Shown piece after piece: positions 1 through 13,300 of a stretch of 64,000 bases of DNA (positions within the stretch are counted from its first letter, which is position 1; each line of letters starts with the position of its first letter). The translations under genes and the position numbers were made by a program. The notes beneath the pieces are model-generated. The model had not been told where the DNA came from and ran no database searches. It was given only the letters and a program-made list of their open reading frames with translations. This DNA is from Tubiluchus corallicola (Eukaryota; Animalia; Priapulida). Location: contig JAQGDQ010000405.1 of assembly GCA_030141605.1 (NCBI GenBank), positions 124,001 to 188,000 of the forward strand, in the 5' to 3' direction.

Positions 1-540
1 CGAGTTTGCTGCATAAAAGGGCGTGATTTTGAGCACATTTCATCATTTTTCTCCTGCTAGGAGAATCTCTGCTAGTTTTCGCTGCGATTTTAGCTGCTTA
101 TTTGCTCATTTATTGCACTGTTGCCCGTTACATCTTGCTCTTGTGAGAGATCCTTTTCTGCTCTTAAATTTGTCAAGAATGCTCTCCGCAGTACAATGAG
201 TCAGTCACGACTAAGTGACCTGATGATCCTTGCAGTTGAGGCTGAGAAAACAAAGAATATGGACTTGAAGTCTGTGGTTGAGCTCTTCTGGAGTGATGTT
301 CTCGTCGATAGTTCTGCGTCGGATTCCTGACAGCTAATAAATACTTAATTAAATTTTAATTTTAAGTTTCCGTTGCTATAGCTTTAAGTTAAATGCCAGT
401 TGGGAATAAATAAATCGTTTTTCTTGCACGAAAAATACTGTGTGGGAATTCAAAATTATACGTTTTTTAAACACTCAAGTTCCTCCATTATATACAGTCG
501 CCCCCCCCCCCCCAATTGTTTTTGGTGCACGACGCCCCTG
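1..540 (+). mobile_element. hAT DNA transposon, 3' end (transposase C-terminal dimerisation domain remnant and probable right terminus)
   Basis: ORF 121-330 reads LPVTSCSCERSFSALKFVKNALRSTMSQSRLSDLMILAVE, the hAT dimerisation motif (ERSFS..LK....RSTM...RL..L). The segment ends in ...GACGCCCCTG (revcomp CAGGGGCGTC), a hAT-like terminus. Confidence 0.8.
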
Positions 541-545
541 ATTAC

Positions 546-750
546 GCTCATGTTCCTGACTATCCCGAAACACAAGGCAACGAACCAGTTCTGTAGACAT
601 GTGAAAGAGATGTGTGCTGATTGGGCAATCAGCAGAGCTTGACTGAGAATGATTAACAGTTTGGTTGACAGTAATTTCACCTAGCTGATTTTAATGCCAT
701 ACTGGTATACAATGTTCAACGATTGGGTCTTACATACACCGTTAGAAGTA
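546..750. repeat. ~205-bp dispersed repeat, copy 1 (copy 2 at 5906-6119)
   Basis: Near-identical direct copies beginning GCTCATGTTCCTGACTATCCCGAAACACAAGG and ending CCGTTAGAAGTA. They explain the duplicated ORFs 456-680 and 5831-6040. Confidence 0.85.
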
Positions 751-1151
751 TTGTTAATTATACAATGATTATACCAGAGAAGTAGTTTTTGAATATAACG
801 TACCTTCTGATTTTTTGGCTAGGTGCTTTTGATTTTTTGCTATGCATGTTTTGATTTTTGGCTGTGCACTGTGATTTTTGCTGTGCACTTCTGATTTTTT
901 CCTGCACACTTTTGTTTCTTTGGTATGCCTTTTCGATTTTTTGCTGAGTTATTGTAACTTTTTACTATGCAGTTTTGATTTTGTGTATGCACTTGTTTTT
1001 TGTGCTAAGAATAACACATTTTTGTAAAAGATATAGAAGCAATATTTAACAAGTTGTTTTTTCTGACAGTTTTTATTGGCAGTTGGTTTAAAATATAGTT
1101 ATGTTGCATTTCGAACTTTACTAAACATTAAGAAGCCAAACTTGTTTTTAG

Positions 1152-1322
1152 GCTAGACATATGGATGCTCAAGAAGTTACGTACAGTGTTTTGCCTTTCC
1201 GATCAAAATCAAATGCGTTTTTACAAATATCAATGGGTGCAGAAAGAAGGCATATGCAAACTGGTGATACTGTGACAATGTTTCTTAATTCAACTGTGCC
1301 AGTTACAAGAGTAACTTACCAG
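1152..1322 (+). CDS. CD109-like exon (MG domain; ARHMDAQ...SNAFLQI...VTYQ)
   Basis: ttttag| acceptor, CAG|gtacc donor, phase 0. Joins next exon as YQ|VSCKGSIV, resembling the A2M Y.V.SRG.IV motif. Confidence 0.8.
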
Positions 1323-4300
1323 GTACCTAACCATATAGAACTTAAACTTGATATTGTTGTGATCAGACAGAAATTGGGACTACTTGAAATTAATTAAACT
1401 GTGGCTTGTGAAAATTTTAATATTGATGCTGTAAAGTTTTGCATTATCTTTCGTAGATCTTTAAAAAGTAGGTATTTTAAAATGACAAACGACTGTTGTT
1501 CATTAACTTGAATTGCTGGAGATGCTGTCTTTCAGTAATAGAATATATTATCAATTGCAAACAAATTAAAAAATTTACCCTTAGCCCTTACACTTTTTGA
1601 AGTTACAGATATTACCTACTCATAATTTTTTAAATAACAGGTAATTAAAAATGTATGCATTTGTTAAATTTTTTACTTGTTACAGATTTTACGTAAAACA
1701 TTCATACTTTTATATATTTTCCTTCAGGTTTTAATTGAAAATTTAAAGAAAACTGGGACAATTTTTCCAAAAAAGTATAGTCAAAATATACATTTTATCG
1801 CCCATAATAACGTGAAAATATTCCTGATTGCCTAAATATCACAAAATGAGGCTAGAGATAATGTCATATTTTTTCTTAGAAATGTTTCGTGAGTGTGTTG
1901 ATATTGTTTGCAAGCAAAACTTGAATTACTGTGTTACCATGTTACTATGATGCAGATATATCATAATCAATGTGCAAATTCCAGACTGTGCAACATCAGA
2001 AGTGAAAAGTGTTCTTATGATGACATTTTGTCTATCCTTTTGTGTGTCTCATTTTGGAAATGCCCATCTAACTAAGAATGGTGAAACACATGCGGCAGCA
2101 GAAAACTAATCCCATAAATTGTAATATTCTTTATATCATTTTGTGCTAGGGTTTAAAACTGTCGTTTTCGTTTTCGTTTAAATATTAAAATAGTGGTTCC
2201 CAACCTTCTGTTGACAGCTACCCATTTCCAGAATCCTGCATAATTATCGTTCGCATTTTTTAACTTACTATTCAACAAATTATTGAACAATGAGTGATTG
2301 TTTCATTAATTCATTAATGTGATGATTGCGCCTGTTTCTCAGTGACCAGCAATACAACAGCAATCAGTATCCAAGGTAAAATGAATAGCGACATGCTTTT
2401 GGGCGGTGTGCACTGTACACAAGTGTGCAGTGTAAAACAACGTGCATTCTTGTTTTTCCCGAAAATCAAGCACTGATATACTGCATTTAGAGGGGGATGC
2501 TCAGTTTCACTTTCCAGAAGAAAATGATGTAATGAGAGACTGAGGAAACAAGACCTACCTATATACTTTTCGTGAAAACAGCATTTTTGACTAGCCCGCG
2601 ACCCCACGAAAAGTGCTTGGCGACCCCAATTGGAGTCGCAACCCCAAGGTTCGGAACCCATGTTTTAAACAGATGATTAAAACAAGTTTGGCCGAGGGAC
2701 TCAATTGAAATCGAGGTGATGGGTTAAGAAAATCTGACTCATCAATAGATGCTAAATTTGTTGTAACATATTTACTCACTGTTTCATAATGATCAGAAAT
2801 GGCATCAATGCCATCATTTAGAAAATATTTAACATATAACAATACAACACTATACATTACAAGACAATAATTAAAATACTGCATTAAAAATCAATGGCAT
2901 TTTTGAGTGTTGTGGAGACACACAAAGAGAAAAATTACTTACATGTTTCTTTTGCATTTGAGAAAATTATCAAGGTCAACCAAACACAATCTTTTGCGGA
3001 ATAATTTAACACTAGCAAAGGCCCCGCAAAAGATTTTGCATAAAAAACCACGTATAATCAATAATACGCGAAAATTATACCTAGTCCTCATTTATAACAC
3101 AAAGCCCGTAACATCCTGCCTACTTACCTAACGCAAAGCAGCAGCTTTTACTGAATTAAAGCTATAAGATTATAGACAGAGTACAATGGATGACGTCACA
3201 ACAATGGCTTTGCGTCAGCAGTTTTCTAAGCGAAAATTGCCGAAAATAGAACATCTTATTAACTCGTCGGTACTCCTCTCGGTGGACCTGTCCTAACATA
3301 TAGCCCACATCATCGTGTAGCCCCGTTCTTCCTCTTTCTGATGAGCCATATATCTCCTTCCGAGAGTCCCACCAGGCGCTGCTAGAACGTTTTTTCCGCA
3401 TGCTGTTTGGTCAAAATTTCGAAAAAATCGCGAGTTGGGTCCGGGAAAATGCCCGTTGCGGGACGCCGTGGCCCTCTCGCGAATTCTAAATAGGCCTATG
3501 ACACCCATTGCTGAACGGGCTATCTATCCATAGTCAGCAACACCCATAGCCCATTCCCGTTCTCTACATCTCAGCCGTATAACTTTTGCAAAAAACGACC
3601 GAAAAATGGCCATTCTTCGAGGTTTTTCGCCCCCGTTCCTCCCGGTGGGCCCGATTCGAAAAATAAACCATCAATGGCACGACACTCGATCAAGACCTTT
3701 CGTTTGATATACAGATCGCCGCAGATGGTGCCCTCGTCGGAGCTGTAGCCTCGAATCTTATATATATATAAATAAATATATATATATATATATATACCAA
3801 GAATATTAATATAAGAGACTAGCAAAGGCCCCGCAAAAGATTTTGCGTAAAAAACCACGTGTAATCAATAATACGCGAACATCCTACCTAGTTCTCATTT
3901 ATAACACAAAGCCCGTAACATCATGCCTACTGTTTGTTTAACTAACGCAAAGCCTGCAGCTTTTTGCTGAATTAAAGTTATAAGCAGAGTAGAGTACAAT
4001 GGATGACGTCACAACAATGCCTTTGCGTCAGCAATTTTCTAAGCGAAAATTGCCGAAAATAGAACTCCTAATTAACTCGTCGGTACTTCTCTCGGTGGAC
4101 CTGCCCTAACATATAGCCCACATCATCGTGTAGCCCTGTCCTTCCTCTTTGTAAAGAGCCCCATATCTCCTTCCTAGAGTCCCACCGGGCGACGCTAGAA
4201 CGTTTTTCCCGCATGCTGTTTGGTGAAAATTTCGAAAAAATCGCGAGTTGAGTCCAGGAAAACGCCCGTTGCGGGGCGCCCTGGCCCTCTCGCGAATTCT

Positions 4301-7300
4301 AAATAGGCCTATGACACCCATCGCTGAACGGGCTATCTATCCATAGCCAGCACCACCTTCGGCCCGTTCCAGTTCTCCGCATCTCAGCCGTATAACTTTT
4401 GCAAAAAACGGCCGAAAAATGGCCATTTTTGGAGGTTTTTCGCCTCCCGTTCCTCCCGGTGGGCCCGATTTGAAAAATAAACCCCCAATGAGACGACACT
4501 AGATCGAGACCTTTCTTTTGATATATAGATCGCCGCAAATGGTGCCCTCGTCCGGGCTGTAGCCTCGAATCTTATATATATACCAAGAATATTAATATAA
4601 GAGATTTGCTGCGGTCACAAGCAGAGAATCACCCATAGAATTTGGAAGTGAATTCTATATGTTTACAATTCAGTTTGAAAAAATTGTCCAAACTGCATTT
4701 TACTTGTTGTTTGTACAAAAAGTTACTGCCCTAGAAAAAATTATCAGCTGCCAAACCTATACTTCTTTATGAATAATTTCATATTACTTACATAGGTCAT
4801 TTTGAATTCGCTTTTCTTCTGATGACTTTATAACTTTTAGTCTGTCGGAGCATGAGACATGAGCCATACTGCTACTGTGATACATGAGACACGATGCATC
4901 TAAAAAAGAGTTTACTTGTAAAATTACTACTAAAATATCTTTGCATGCTCTCTACAACATCAATTGACATCAAGCATATTGGTCTATCACTCTGTCTATG
5001 CTGTGACATAAGCACGCTTAGCAGCATTCAAGACATCAGCTCCCATTGAATAACTTCTTTCTTTAGTAACTATTGACAAGTATTGTCCAGTCAGCGGACA
5101 AACTCATCGTGCTTTTTGATCCATTGACAAGTATTGTCCAGTCAGCGGACAAACTCATCGTGCTTTTTGATGCATAAAATTTGCAAGGCAGCAGATATTT
5201 TGACAAGAAATTGAAACTTTAAGAAGCCAAAAATCTAATTAAAATTTAAGCAGAATGTAGTGACAAAATTTCAAAGAAATACAAAATTCACGGAGTGTCT
5301 AGTAAGGTCTTTATTATAAAGGAACTTTAATACAAATGGGCAACAGAATATAATTATGAAAGTCTCTCTTGTTTTTGATATATAAAATTGAATATATGAA
5401 CACATCATGCCTGCAACATATTTTTTCTACATTTAGCTGATTGTGTGTCATTCGCAAGCTTTTATCCACTTTTTGCATTAATTTGATCGCTCTATTCTGC
5501 AGATGATCTTCCACAAATTTCATAACTCACAAGTCCCAATAGCATCTCTTAACCATGATTGTAACCAGAAAAATAGCATAAAATTGACTATTTCAATATA
5601 CGAATATTATATTGATATATAACATACATTTTGACCGCATTTGAATTAATTTGAACTGTGAAGATCTTATTGAGGTTTACAAGAACTGACCAAGAAAGAA
5701 AAAATTCTGCCTGAATGTGGATTCCTATGAGAATGCCCGCTTACCACATAATTCTGAATTAGTTCAACTCTGCCGCCAGGCCTCAACTATTGTAAATTGC
5801 AAACTAGCAGTTCCTATATCCAGCTCAAACCTACTTTATTTTTACATGCATGTTAACCCAGAAACATTTATACATGCTAACTTGGGCTTCAATATAAAGG
5901 TCCCTGCTCATGTTCCTGACTATCCCGAAACACAAGGCAACGAACCAGTTCTGTGGGCATGTGAAACAGATGCGCACTGATTGGGCAATCAGCAGAGCTT
6001 GACTGAGAATGATTAACAGTTTGGTTGACCGTAATTTCACCTAGCTGATTTTAATGCCATACTGGTATACAATGTTCAACGATTGGGTCTTACATACATT
6101 TTGTACACCGTTAGAAGTACATTTTATTATTTGTGCTAAATATTTCAAAAATCATATTAGTTATTCTGTTAGCTTTTAAGCATACTTCAATACAACCGAC
6201 ATTGCATTTTAAGTTTTGTGAAATTTTAATGGCAAAATGACAAACAACATTCACTGATTCAATTTCTTTATCCGAAATGAAATAGCTATTACGAGAGTTG
6301 TAACTGCCAATGTGAACAGCATTACAATTTGGAATAGCTATTTTTTAATTTCCACATATTTGCCAATTCAGTAATACTATCTATGCTCATTGTATATCAC
6401 ACGATCCAGATTACAAAGGTGTTGATACAACTTGACATTATCAGCAATTGTTGATGAAGAGCAAAAACGTCTTTTGTGGTACACCTGATGTGACTGTTAT
6501 ATAATCTGAACCTGAGTCTCCGATAACAACATGGCATTTTCTTTGTGTCAGAAAACAAGCTATCCATTGAACAATGAACCTTGTATACATATTTTGTATA
6601 TACACACAGGCTAATTTGTGCAAAGCTTTATACGACAAACTGTATCAAAGGTTTAGTCTAGTTATACAAAATAACTTTGATTATAAATATCTCACCGAGA
6701 CATGGCTGTCATCCAGACATTGATACTAGTGATCTAGTAATAAATGGGTACCAGCAATCACCCTTCTCTGCGGTTGCAATGCTATTCACTTGTATTTAAG
6801 GGTATTTTAGAGGCCTCAAATGAGTACACAGACTTCGCCAAACGTGAAAAATGTACTTATAATAAGTCAGTTTTTAGGCAAATTTATCTATAATTTTTGT
6901 AGCTAACGTAGAGAGTAGATTGTAGGTATTTGAATTTCAGGGCCACCCGGATGAACCAACAAATTGTAGGCCTCAATGTGTCCATGGCACCTAAAATACT
7001 TGATAAAGTTTGTACAACCAAGTTTTAACCTACTTGGAAATCATTAATTTACTGAAACAACAATCCCAGATGCAGATAAAATGTTATTGATGCAGTATTA
7101 TTTTGTCATAGAAAACTAGAAATAAGCAGAGATAAATAACTGTTGGCCAGTAGTAGCTGAAATGTTGGTCAACCTTACATGAAAGCCGGTGCAGCTCATT
7201 CATTCAAGTGAATGACACTTCTGCTGCACTTAGCAATTACAGCAAAATAATAGTTACATAGTAACAATAATTGTTTCTTTACATTTGAGACAGATAAGCG

Positions 7301-10300
7301 ATCTCTAAACTAAGTTCACTTATCTATTGAAAGTGATCTACTTACTACACAGTGAAAGAAAACATCCAGGAATACAGTAAGAACAGAGCGGATACCAATG
7401 TCTAACCCATTTATTTGATTTAGCGCCAGCATTAAAATAAATACAATTTTTATTCACTATTTGCTTAGAAAAATGTTTATAAATATAAACTATTCACATA
7501 TTAATAAATTGTCTCTCTGGCGATTTTAAATTCTGCACACAGTAATTTGTTCATATAAATTAACTGATGTAATTATAGGCACAGAAAGCCAAAAAGTCAC
7601 ACAAAACTGACTGATTTGTAATGTTGCAATGCAAAGTCATACAACCAAATTATAAGCTCTGAACTTATCAGCTCTGAATTTGGAAAACCTTTATGGCTTT
7701 TTGTTCTAATGTGCAGATAAGTTACCAGACAAAAAAAGACTACTATAAACTTTTCAAAAAAATTTTACTCATGATTTGCGACATATTTAAAATTTAGTTG
7801 GATATAAATGAATTGAAACTCAGTTGTCTTTTGTCAAATTGTCAGGGGCTTGGCACAGTGCTAATTAACTTTTTGTCATAAACTGGGGGAAAGTTCCTAA
7901 ATTTAGTGGCTCCATAAGTCAAAAGTGAATCACAGAATACTGCTTTAAGAACTTTGTTTTAATCTGCCACGTTGTATTAGGGCAGCTAATTAAGTGCACT
8001 GGTGCACCACACCTACTGTGTACCCGCTGCTTTTTTTTCATGTTGTATAGCACCGTCGATGGGCGATTCCATTTCCTGCAAAGGTAAGCGAAGTTCTCTC
8101 TCAGTGCTATCGCATGTCACGCTGTGTTTAGGTTGAGGTAGTAATTGGGAGGCAAATCGGGACAAAGGAAGGTTATGACTAAAATCTCTATTAAAAATTC
8201 TAAATTGGGAGAGTTGTAATGTCTGGTATTTATTGTAACTGACGTAGATCTAAGCTGCAATTAGGTAGTGTAATTCCACTTCAATGATGCAACCTATCAC
8301 TTGTACCAAAGCCGTACATTGTTTTAAAACCGTCCCTTACATCCTAGCTCATTAAAACACATTAATTTAGAAACGATGTAAAAGAAATGCTTACCACTCA
8401 TGCACTTCTCGCATACTGAAGTCCAACTACTGCATTACACTACATTACATTACATTACACTACTGCATTAACACTACACTGAAGTCCTATGATCGGGATA
8501 AGTATAGCAACTAAACCAATAAAAATAAGGATGCACTGGAAACTGAAATTAACGAAATGAAAATCTAAACGACATAGTAATTTATAAAGCACGTAAACTC
8601 CACGTCAATTATGACTTAGTAGACTACTACTCTGCCGCATTTACAGAACTGCAACAGTACGTATTAAACAATGGCTCAACCAAACCACATGATTCACGTT
8701 GACATGCTATTTGTGCATCATTAAAGAAACAAAAAGACACATGAAAGAATAAATAATTTGAATAAATAAAAATTCCTGGTAGATCAAGAAGATTAGTTAT
8801 CTAGATTCTAATGTTGCTTTTTATATTATGTTATATTATGCTTTAATAACATAGTAGTGTTTATTGATTTTTTTTACAGGTCAGTTGCAAAGGCAGTATT
8901 GTGACAACCAAAGAAGTGAGTATGGATGGTAGAATGCAGTCTTCTTTTGAAGTGCAAGTCACACATGAAATGGCACCGAAGTCCAACATCGTGGCCTTTT
9001 ATGTGTTGAATGATGAATTTATAGCTGATGGCCTTGAATTCGACGTTGATGGTGCTTTTAAAAATACGGTAAAACTTACATCACCTTGTGCCGTTGTTAT
9101 TGTATGTAAGAGCACTATTGGCTTCAATTGTGCCAACACTACCCTCTGTTACTTTGGTTACATCCTACTTGTGAGTTAGGCATTACTACTTGACTGTTAA
9201 CCTCTGCCCAATCTGGGCTTCCTTGTTGTAAGCCAGCTGTAACATTACCAGCTTAAGCTGTTAAGTCTGTTACTATGAAACTTCTTCACTAGTTTATTTT
9301 GCTTAAATCTGTGTGGTTTGATGTTTTATGTCAGTGATTTCACATGTACATACTGTTAAATTGTTAGTTCAATAGTTAAATATTTTTCTGTTAAATGCGA
9401 TGTGAGAAACTGATAAAGATTATCACTAGTGCTTATTTCTTACTCTTCAGAAAGCAATTAAGCTTTCGTAATTATTTTGTAGTATTAGTCACTTCTTACT
9501 TCATCTTGCAATAGTAGTGGATCAGTTTTTCTTATCTGATTCTGGCTTGCATTACCACATTTTTTTCCAGGTAATTTGGGGGCTTAATAAAGGCCACTAC
9601 TTTAATATATTACACTTACGATAGCTAAACATACTAATGGCAATTGGTATATGAATCTTACAGATTTGTAATGAGAGTAGGATTTTAAGTTGTAAAAGCT
9701 TATATTATAATGAGTGTTTAGTTTGACTTTAATGTTTAAGGTACCACAATATAAAAGCGAATACATAAGAATTTCCAAACCAGGGAAATTCAATAAATCT
9801 TATCCAACTGTATTGCTGGACAACACACTTTTAACCTGGACAGATACAGTTACTATTTACATCACATTATTATACATACGATTTAATGAATGATCTTCAC
9901 ATTCTTAGTAAACGAGGTGATTTTATTTACCGTCCTTAGGGCATATATGCCAACTTTTGATTTGGTTGTTCTGATTTAAAATGCAGACTACTTCAAACCT
10001 ATTGTCTAGGATATTACGGTTGCCAGAGTTAGTTGAATAGCTCGAAGACACATTTTCTTGATACAGCTTGGAATATGGCTATCCATAAGTTGTGGAAACT
10101 GCCCTATTGACCACACGTTTATATTTTGCCCCACATTTCTATTACCGTTCAGCAGAGCAAGCACTTTGTAAGATGATGGGTTAAATTCTGTAACCTATAA
10201 AGATAATAATAGCCCGACAATTAACTTTTTAGCCAAACATGTTATATGATGTAAACTTAACAATAGATTTCAACTTGCATAAAATTGTTATAGAAAATAA

Positions 10301-13300
10301 TGTATCTCTGAAAGATATATTTAGAATTTTTTCTGCGTTATTTCGTAAGCATGTGAAAATATGCAATTTATCTCCTAGGACGCTAGCGAAAGATTGTAGA
10401 AATTGTTTAGTAATTAGGAATTTTTATGAGAGTATCAATTGACAAAAGTGTTTGGGTATGCTGTGTCTTTTTAAATTAATTGCTTTGTCTTCTGGTGTAA
10501 TGTATGTGTAAATAATATTGTCAGTGTTCTTCTTTTTTTGTTATCAGTGTTTTATATTTATTGTATTTTTGCTGCTAACCTACTTATTTTTATAATTGAA
10601 CCAGTTATGTAAGTGTATACGTGTGTTAGAAAAGAAATAATGTTAATAATAATAATAATGCACAATAGCCTTGCTGGTAATACGCTTTCCCATTCTTAGA
10701 TCACTGTTTCATGGGATGCGGAAGTGAGAGATGCGGGAGAAAAAGTTAAAGTGCGTATCTCCACTACACCCAATTCATTTGTTGGATTTCTAACTGTCGA
10801 CAAGAGTGTTAGACTCCTAAAGGCAGATGGTGATATTACCAAAAAACGGGTGGGTACTAACTTACTAAAATTACTTTTGCAAAAAGCAAACTTTATGTGA
10901 CTGAATGTATGTGTAAGAGGTTTCTCTGACTACTTCTTAATGTTTTTGAATGGCACTGTGAGTGATTTCATGCACTTTTATGTACCTACAACACTTTAGT
11001 GGTTTTGTATTTGCAAAAAATTGTGAAACTGTCCAAATTAACTGGGCACCTGAATTCAATTTTACTGTGCTTGCACCTAATCATGAATAAGACATGTTTT
11101 GACATGCTTTTACAAATTCTGGGCATTTCCATTTATTTTCTTTTTTTAGTTTGTTATCAAAAGACTTACCCTTTCTGGCTATTATATAATTCCCGAAGTG
11201 TCTCAGTTTACTTGCATACTTCATTTTTGATTATCTTGTTAAAATGTGTGCTCATACCTTTATAGAACATAATAATTATCAGATATTCAACTTTTCGAAT
11301 ATTAGTTGTTAGCCTTATTTTATGCAACAACACCAAAATTACGTAAATAAGAGAAAACGTGCAAGCACATTTTTACCAATTTGGCTTCAAATCTTGTTTG
11401 TGAAGTGGTATTTTTGTTATGCACCATTTTAAGTGAATTCTACATTACTTAACATAATTGATTACCAGTTGTGCAACTATTTTTAAGTAGTTGTATAACC
11501 GAAACCAACGATGTAGATCAAAACAACACTGTCTTCATAATCCATCACCTAGCCATTGCAGAATGATTACTTGCCGAGTATTAAGAAGCCTTTCAAAATG
11601 CTTTTTATTTGCTGACCACTAATAATTATAAAATTAACAAGATGGCGACTGTGTATGGTGACTTGGTTTTACGCGCTCTTATTTTCTTCAGTTTGTCATC
11701 ATTAATTATTGTGCAATCATCACATACTTACATTTATGATAAAGAAGATTTGTTTCGCATCAGACATGTATGTAGTGACATGATACGTGCCAAATAAGAA
11801 ATTAAATCTGATAAGCAAATTCATCATGGATCCTGACCAGAGGCGCATCCATTCGGCTGCTCAACAACAACGGAAACGAGGTTGGAGAGGAGGTGTGTTG
11901 GCCAGATTACGTGGATGAGATTTCCGTCCAGCGTTACCAAGTATGTATTTAATGAATGTTCGTTTTCTTCGCAACAACATGGGTGAACTGCTGTGTTACA
12001 TGCACAAACAACAAGATTTTAGGGACTGCTGCATTTAAAGTATCATGGAAACTTAGCTAGATTCTACAGTGCCCGATCAAGCTATAACACCCCCGGGATT
12101 CACGCTGTTTCATTCAGATCGTATGTTTGACGTCGTACACAAGAAAAGGGTGGTGGTGTATGTATCTTAGTTAATGATGCTTGGTGTACTAACATTAAGG
12201 TTCTCTCAAAAACATGCACTCCTGAGCTGGAGACAATTTCTGTCAAGTGCCACCCCTTTTACCTGCCGAGGGAAAAATCATCACTCATACCAAGGACCTC
12301 TATAACTAAATGGACGTGTCACATGCTGCGCCACGTGACTATTGTTCTACGATTTCCGGCTAACGACAGGCGCCCAGCTTTTCAAACAGTGTTTGCCGTT
12401 TACGCGGCCACTTGAAACTAAGTGTGTGAGTTTGCTGAAATGTTTGTTGCTATGTCATGTTATTTATGTTGAACACTAGACTTTTGATTGCTACGATAAT
12501 CGTCATTATGCCTGATCGTTGTTGTGTACCAGGCTCCCAACAAGGATACGCTGGAGAAAAACGTATAGAAGGTGTTAGTTTCCATACTGTTCCAGTTGCA
12601 AACAAAACTTTGCTACAAAAATGGTGAGTAATATAATTGTCGTACATGTAACATTGTCACTGAGATTTTTCTCTGGAAACTACGAAGTGTCCTTGTAGTA
12701 AAATTAATTTATGCAGAATGTTAATTCTCAGCAGTCTGGTTATCTAATTTCTTGTACAAACTGCGTCATTGTAAGTTCAAGGCCTGTGTCGATCGGTAGT
12801 TGGTACTGTACATTTATGTAAAAAAATGGCTACTGAATGCTACGTTTATGTAAATGTATTATCTTATATATTTTTTATTTTGGTAGGATTTCACGACTTC
12901 CTCGAGAAGGCTGAAAACCAACCAAAAGCGTCGAGAATTTGTTAACTCCACTTTGTTGAGGATGATTTTGTAACAAAGTTTATTGATTCACTAGATAAAC
13001 CATATTTGAAACAGACTGCAGGGTTTTTGCAGCGTGTGAGAAATTATTGGTACATCTTAAATGTTAAAGAAAAGTACAGATGGATTAAAAATCAAACTGT
13101 TACATGGAACCCGTGGCAAGTGCTCAAGATGCAAAGCTGAAATACATTGAAGATTTTGCAGAATCATGGAAATTGTGGGACCCAGGTTTATCACGTGAAA
13201 CAGTAACTGCTGTGACTCAAACTTCACATGCTTTAATTGCTTTGTCAAACTATATCTTCTGCAATATTCCAGACTCTGAGTATTTGTTAACTGGCAACTT

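Noticed and set aside
800-1000. Degenerate ~21-bp T-rich tandem (TTTGATTTTTTGCTATGCAC); also microsatellites at 8431-8480 and 56384-56450
   Set aside because: Ordinary intronic simple repeats with no further structure seen.
3162-4538. Recurrent short ORFs MGVIGLFRIRER... (also 39779, 41297) suggesting a small gene family
   Set aside because: They fall inside non-autonomous Helitron A copies, start at non-ATG codons and change frame between copies.
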